Assembly (NCBI GenBank): GCA_016295275.1
Contig: JAEDLN010000001.1
Coordinates: 2,165 to 66,164, forward strand
Origin: Kiritimatiellia bacterium
GTDB lineage: Bacteria > Verrucomicrobiota > Kiritimatiellia > RFP12 > UBA3636
Direction: 5' to 3'
DNA length: 64,000 bases
The notes below the pieces were generated by a model. That model was not told the DNA's origin, ran no database searches, and saw only the letters and a list, made by a program, of their open reading frames with translations. Shown here piece by piece: positions 60,122-64,000 of the stretch. The translations under genes were made by a program, and so were the position numbers. Every line of letters begins with the position of its first letter. The first letter of the stretch is position 1.

Positions 60122-60670
60122 TCAATCGGCTGATTCTTGAATCGAATCAAGAATCCGTTTGGCTTCGCGCAAAACCGGAATCTCCCGATTGGCAATCAAA
60201 CGGCCGATTTTCGTGTTTCGCCCCTCTTCATAGGAACGGAGGGCATCCGTATAGTTCGTCTTCACAACCGTTAGCCGAAAATAATGCTTTTCGTCTTCCG
60301 TAAGATGTTGACGCCCCCAAGAAACCGCCTTGCAGAGATAATAGTGATTGCGGTTGTGCCTTCGGATAACATTGTAATAATCGTCGACAACTCCGAGCTT
60401 GCAGAGAATCTCAACCGTTGCGCCCAACTCTTCTTTGAGTTCCCTATGAATCGCGGTCGTCAAATCCTCTCCCGCCTCGACTCCCCCACCGGATGTCTCG
60501 AGAAACGACGCCTTTCCAAATACGTCATCCCGATTGGCACGGACAAAATAGAGAGCCCCGGCATCATCCACGACGATCGCCCGGACAACCTCCCGTTCCT
60601 GTTCGACTCCTTCAAACGGCCATTCTTCGTCCTTCAACTCGAGGTAAAGCGTATGATTGTTTGTATCCAT
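60122..60670 (-). CDS. NUDIX hydrolase
   Basis: Nudix box GGGVEAGEDLTTAIHRELKEELGA. Confidence 0.85.
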   Translation of the reverse strand: MDTNNHTLYLELKDEEWPFEGVEQEREVVRAIVVDDAGALYFVRANRDDVFGKASFLETSGGGVEAGEDLTTAIHRELKEELGATVEILCKLGVVDDYYNVIRRHNRNHYYLCKAVSWGRQHLTEDEKHYFRLTVVKTNYTDALRSYEEGRNTKIGRLIANREIPVLREAKRILDSIQESAD

Positions 60671-60780
60671 GATACTCCTCATTTCGAAAACCCCGAAAAC
60701 TGTAGCAAAAAGAGCGTAGATAAAAAAGCGCGCAACAAGGACAGTCTTATCCCCCCTGTTTTCCGGAACGCCTCATCTCC

Positions 60781-60856
60781 GCGCACGCCCCGTGATCGTG
60801 CGCACCGTTTCGCTCCATCCCGTTGCGGCAGGGCGGTGATATCCCTATCGAGCGCC
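60781..60856. repeat. GC-rich dispersed intergenic repeat (copy related to 56730-56777)
   Basis: cccgttgcggcagggcggtgatatccctatcgagcgcc versus cccgttgcggtagggtgcgatgtccttatcgcgccg. Confidence 0.5.
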
Positions 60857-61108
60857 CTCAAAACATAAAAATCTTTGTGTTCCGGTACATCCCGTCCATT
60901 CGCTCTTTGTTCTCTTTTGTGGTAATACGACCATGCCCGAAAAGAAAATCACCTGCGGCTCCCCCCCTTCCCGCGCGCCCTCGCTACGCGCCTCATCGGT
61001 CGCCGGGTCTACCGGCTCCGGTTGCCTTTCAGGGGGCAAAAAAACGCCGGAAAACCCTTTCAGGCTTCCCGGCGGTCATCGGAAAAGTGCAATCTTTCGC
61101 GCAGACGT

Positions 61109-63370
61109 TTAGTAAATCGAAAATTGCGTCGCAACACGCCGCCGCAGATAGCCTTCGCTATCCAAATATGCAGTGTTGAATGTCACGCCGCCATCAAACG
61201 AAATCTTCTTCAATTGAGATTCCGTCAGACCAAGCGAGCTCGTGCCGAACCGCAGATTCCGCGCACGCCCGGCAGACAGATTCTCCACTATCAGATAGCC
61301 GCCGTCCGCCCAACTCTGCACCGAAGAATCGGCAAAGGCAATTGCGCCATTGGCAACATTGATCGTTGCCGTACCGGACACCGTCAAAGCACCGGCATTG
61401 ATGGTCGAAACCATCGGCTTGAGTACGCCGCCTTCCAGCGTAATGGCATTGTTCTTCGGAATCGAGCCGGTCCGCGCAACAAGCAGACTTCCTTCCCGCA
61501 CGACAATCGGTCCCTTGAAGGAATTGTCCGCAGCGAACGTCAACGACGCGGGTCCTTGTTTGATGATGCCGGCTCCGGAGTAGGATGTATCATCTAAGAG
61601 ACTTCCCAACAACGTGGTGTCTGTCTGGGTTTTGAAATTCAAATACTTCTGCCCGTTGTTGAACAGATAAACGCCCGTGGTCAGCGTGACGGGTTCTCCA
61701 CCGGAAATGCTCCAGACCGCATCCTTTGCATATCCGGCACGCGGCTTCAGTCCGCAAATCACACTTCCGGACAAAATGTTCAAATCGTTTAGGTAGACAA
61801 TTGAATTGGCCAACGACGCAAATGTTCCGCCCGGCAAACAATTGACGACATCGCCGGAAGCGATCGCCAACCATACATTTGCTTGCAGAAAGCCGCCCTG
61901 TTCGATCGTGTATGTCCGGGTGCCGCCACCCGTATACGAGCCGCCCACAACCTCTACCAAAAGACGTCCACCGTCGCCAATCGTCGTTTCCGAACCTTTT
62001 GGAACGCCATTCGAAGAAACACGCAAGGTTCCCTTTTCGACCGTCGTGCCACCTGTCCAGGTTTTGGCACCGGTGAGATGGACCGTGTGAGCGCCTTCTT
62101 CCAAAAGCGTGATTTCCGCACATCCATAGCCGCCGTCCGTATAGGACTTCGCAATCAATGCCGCCGAACCCGTTCCCGAAAAATCAATGCCGACAGCCGG
62201 ACTCGGATTGCCGGCCGTTACGTACTTGGACCACAAGATACGAGCCCCTACGTCATCGCCAATTTGCTCGAGTTGGACGCAAATCGCTTTGATATAGCCG
62301 TCATTCAACAGCTGCGCCTGGACAATACGCGTCTGCTTCTCGGCATCGTACGTTTCATGGTACAGCTCTGTCGCATAGGGCTCTCTGGTGGAACTGACAG
62401 CACTGCCTCCCATGCGAATATCCTCTATGGTGACCTTTTCCACGGACGCATTCTTCAGCAAAACCGTAGGTTCCGTTCCCAAAAAGAGTCCGTACTTGCG
62501 AACGCGTCCGCTCCCGGAAACGCAGAGCCGCCCCGATCCCGTAATGGCATTGGGTATCGTCATGTCTGCCATCGGCGAAATCTTCAACGAACCGCCCGAA
62601 AAGGAAATGTCGCCTGCAATCTGAGGTTCCGCCGCAAGCGTTACCGCGCTATCGGCAAAGTTGGCTTGTATCTGATAGGCGCCATAGGCGCCATTGCCCG
62701 TTGCCGTCGAAACCTGCAGATTAAAGGTTGTGACAAGCGGCTCTCCCAGCGAAGCGCTGGAAGTGGAAAGATATCCGGAATTGTCTCCGTATGCATAGAT
62801 GTCGTTATCCACCTGCGAAAAATAATACCGCGTTGCCTTCACAAGACCACCGTCTATGCACTGAAACTGACACGTAAAGCCGGTCTCCGTCCGGTCGTAA
62901 ATGACGCAAACCGCATCAATGGTTTTCCCTCCAAGCCAGCCTCCGCTCATCAAACCGGTCATGCTGACCAAATCCGAAATCCTGCGGTTGGCAAAAACAC
63001 GCTTGGCCGTAGACGCCGGCAAGAATGCTTCGTACGGCGTAGCCATGGAAAATGCCACGCCCTTCTCACTGATGAGCTGGTTCTCGAACCGAATTCTGTC
63101 CCCCTGAATCGAGACATTGTCCGTATCGCTTGTCAATGTGATGGGGCCGCCCTGCACCGTGATCGTCCCACCGGCAGCATCAACCGAAATTCCCTTCGTC
63201 GTGACACCTTCGGACGGAACCTCGACAATCTGCGCCGTTCCATCTCCGGCGATTTGCGTAACCCCATCCGGCAGCCATTCGACAACAGCTCCAAACGATG
63301 ACGCGATAGTCCCGGCAAAAAAGACGGCAGTCGTCAATGCCTCGGCTCCAAACGATTTTACCTTGCTCAT
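61109..63370 (-). CDS. Large secreted beta-helix protein with passenger-associated (PATR-type) repeats
   Basis: N-terminal signal peptide MSKVKSFGAEALTTAVFFAGTIASSFG. Repeats such as LTGAKTWTGGTTVEKGTLRV. No C-terminal beta-barrel recognisable. Confidence 0.6.
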   Translation of the reverse strand: MSKVKSFGAEALTTAVFFAGTIASSFGAVVEWLPDGVTQIAGDGTAQIVEVPSEGVTTKGISVDAAGGTITVQGGPITLTSDTDNVSIQGDRIRFENQLISEKGVAFSMATPYEAFLPASTAKRVFANRRISDLVSMTGLMSGGWLGGKTIDAVCVIYDRTETGFTCQFQCIDGGLVKATRYYFSQVDNDIYAYGDNSGYLSTSSASLGEPLVTTFNLQVSTATGNGAYGAYQIQANFADSAVTLAAEPQIAGDISFSGGSLKISPMADMTIPNAITGSGRLCVSGSGRVRKYGLFLGTEPTVLLKNASVEKVTIEDIRMGGSAVSSTREPYATELYHETYDAEKQTRIVQAQLLNDGYIKAICVQLEQIGDDVGARILWSKYVTAGNPSPAVGIDFSGTGSAALIAKSYTDGGYGCAEITLLEEGAHTVHLTGAKTWTGGTTVEKGTLRVSSNGVPKGSETTIGDGGRLLVEVVGGSYTGGGTRTYTIEQGGFLQANVWLAIASGDVVNCLPGGTFASLANSIVYLNDLNILSGSVICGLKPRAGYAKDAVWSISGGEPVTLTTGVYLFNNGQKYLNFKTQTDTTLLGSLLDDTSYSGAGIIKQGPASLTFAADNSFKGPIVVREGSLLVARTGSIPKNNAITLEGGVLKPMVSTINAGALTVSGTATINVANGAIAFADSSVQSWADGGYLIVENLSAGRARNLRFGTSSLGLTESQLKKISFDGGVTFNTAYLDSEGYLRRRVATQFSIY

Positions 63371-63719
63371 GAATATCTCTTTTTGGTGATTGTATGGGCA
63401 GAAATAAAACACAATCCGGCTCTCGTTACGAAAGCGCAGGAATGCGTATCGCCGCAATTCTACTCCTTTCCCACGCCTGATTCAACTTTTCCCCAAAATC
63501 TGGATTTTACCCGGTTTTTGGGTAGTTTGCAAAAGTAAACGCACCAAATCCGATGTGTTTACTTTTGCAAACTACCTTTTTTTCGTTTTAGCATTCCGAA
63601 GCCCGTATTTGACGGTCTATTTTTTGTTTGCTATGCTCAATCCGTAAATTGCGCACGCCGAAAACGGTGTTGCAGGTTTCATTTTTCAATCGTTTCTTTA
63701 GGGAAAAACGGAGCCAATC

Positions 63720-64000
63720 ATGTCCTCTTATCTTGATCAAATACTTGCCTCTATCCGAGAACGCAATGAGGCGATGAAGGTTGCTCTCGGCCCCAATGAT
63801 ACGAGCCGCCTCGTCGCCCAACGCGGCGATTCGCCCCGTGGATTTGCCGCTGCTGTCAGCCCATCGACCGATCGGATTCTGATCGTCGGCGAAATCAAAA
63901 ACGCAACCCCGGACGGCGGAATCATCCGTGACGATTTTGACGCCGGGAGCATCGCACGCGACCTTCAGGCTTCCGGTGCCGTTGCCCTTTCCGTTGCAAC
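63720..64000 (+). CDS. trpC: Indole-3-glycerol phosphate synthase, 3'-truncated at window edge
   Basis: YLDQILASIRE ... ILIVGEIKNATPDGGIIRDDFDAGSIARDLQASGAVALSV matches the TrpC N-terminus (EIKRASPSKG-like). Runs off the right edge. Confidence 0.7.
   Translation, partial: MSSYLDQILASIRERNEAMKVALGPNDTSRLVAQRGDSPRGFAAAVSPSTDRILIVGEIKNATPDGGIIRDDFDAGSIARDLQASGAVALSVA

Noticed and set aside
60132-60155. 24-bp palindrome gattcttgaatcgaatcaagaatc
   Set aside because: It lies inside the NUDIX coding sequence (encodes ILDSIQES), so it is probably incidental rather than regulatory.
61109-61400. Autotransporter beta-barrel at the C-terminus of the beta-helix protein
   Set aside because: The C-terminal 300 aa continue the repeat-like beta-strand pattern. 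There is no terminal aromatic residue/barrel signature.
1-64000. CRISPR arrays and tRNA/rRNA genes
   Set aside because: No regularly spaced direct repeats of 24-48 bp with unique spacers. No cloverleaf-compatible segments or rRNA-like conserved stretches noticed in any intergenic gap.

Overview
High-GC (~58-60%) bacterial chromosomal segment of about 46 protein-coding genes, mostly on the + strand, with no rRNA, tRNA or CRISPR recognisable. The gene content suggests a PVC-superphylum-like gut anaerobe (V-type ATPase, a GH112 lacto-N-biose phosphorylase, many beta-helix secreted proteins).

Content from left to right:
- Translation-factor neighbourhood: lepA (5' truncated), maf, tsaE, then prfB, pepT and epmA.
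- A kinase-like fusion protein and a DnaQ-like exonuclease.
- Two small ABC modules, a ribokinase, HAD, rluD, and a cation/proton antiporter fused to a PTS-EIIA domain.
- Two tandem paralogous SWIM-zinc-finger SNF2 helicases (1181 and 1213 aa) behind a consensus sigma70 promoter.
- A minus-strand GH112 galacto/lacto-N-biose phosphorylase, abutting a ~1.4 kb low-GC segment that carries an IS630-family transposase remnant.
- A V-type ATPase operon that begins abruptly at subunit B (B-D-I-K), with no A, E, C or F upstream.
- pgsA, truA, a proline-rich repeat protein, PNP and a sugar-phosphate isomerase.
- The strongest candidate for a novel system: a five-gene membrane cluster (43.3-55.1 kb). It comprises a large polytopic membrane protein, a MacB/FtsX-type permease, an ABC ATPase, a 1736-aa secreted peptidase-like/double-FtsX fusion giant, and a second, paralogous large membrane protein.
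- The right end carries an ABC-F ATPase, an EamA transporter, a NUDIX hydrolase, a large secreted beta-helix protein and the start of trpC.

A GC-rich dispersed intergenic repeat family occurs at ~40.9, ~56.7-56.9 and ~60.8 kb.
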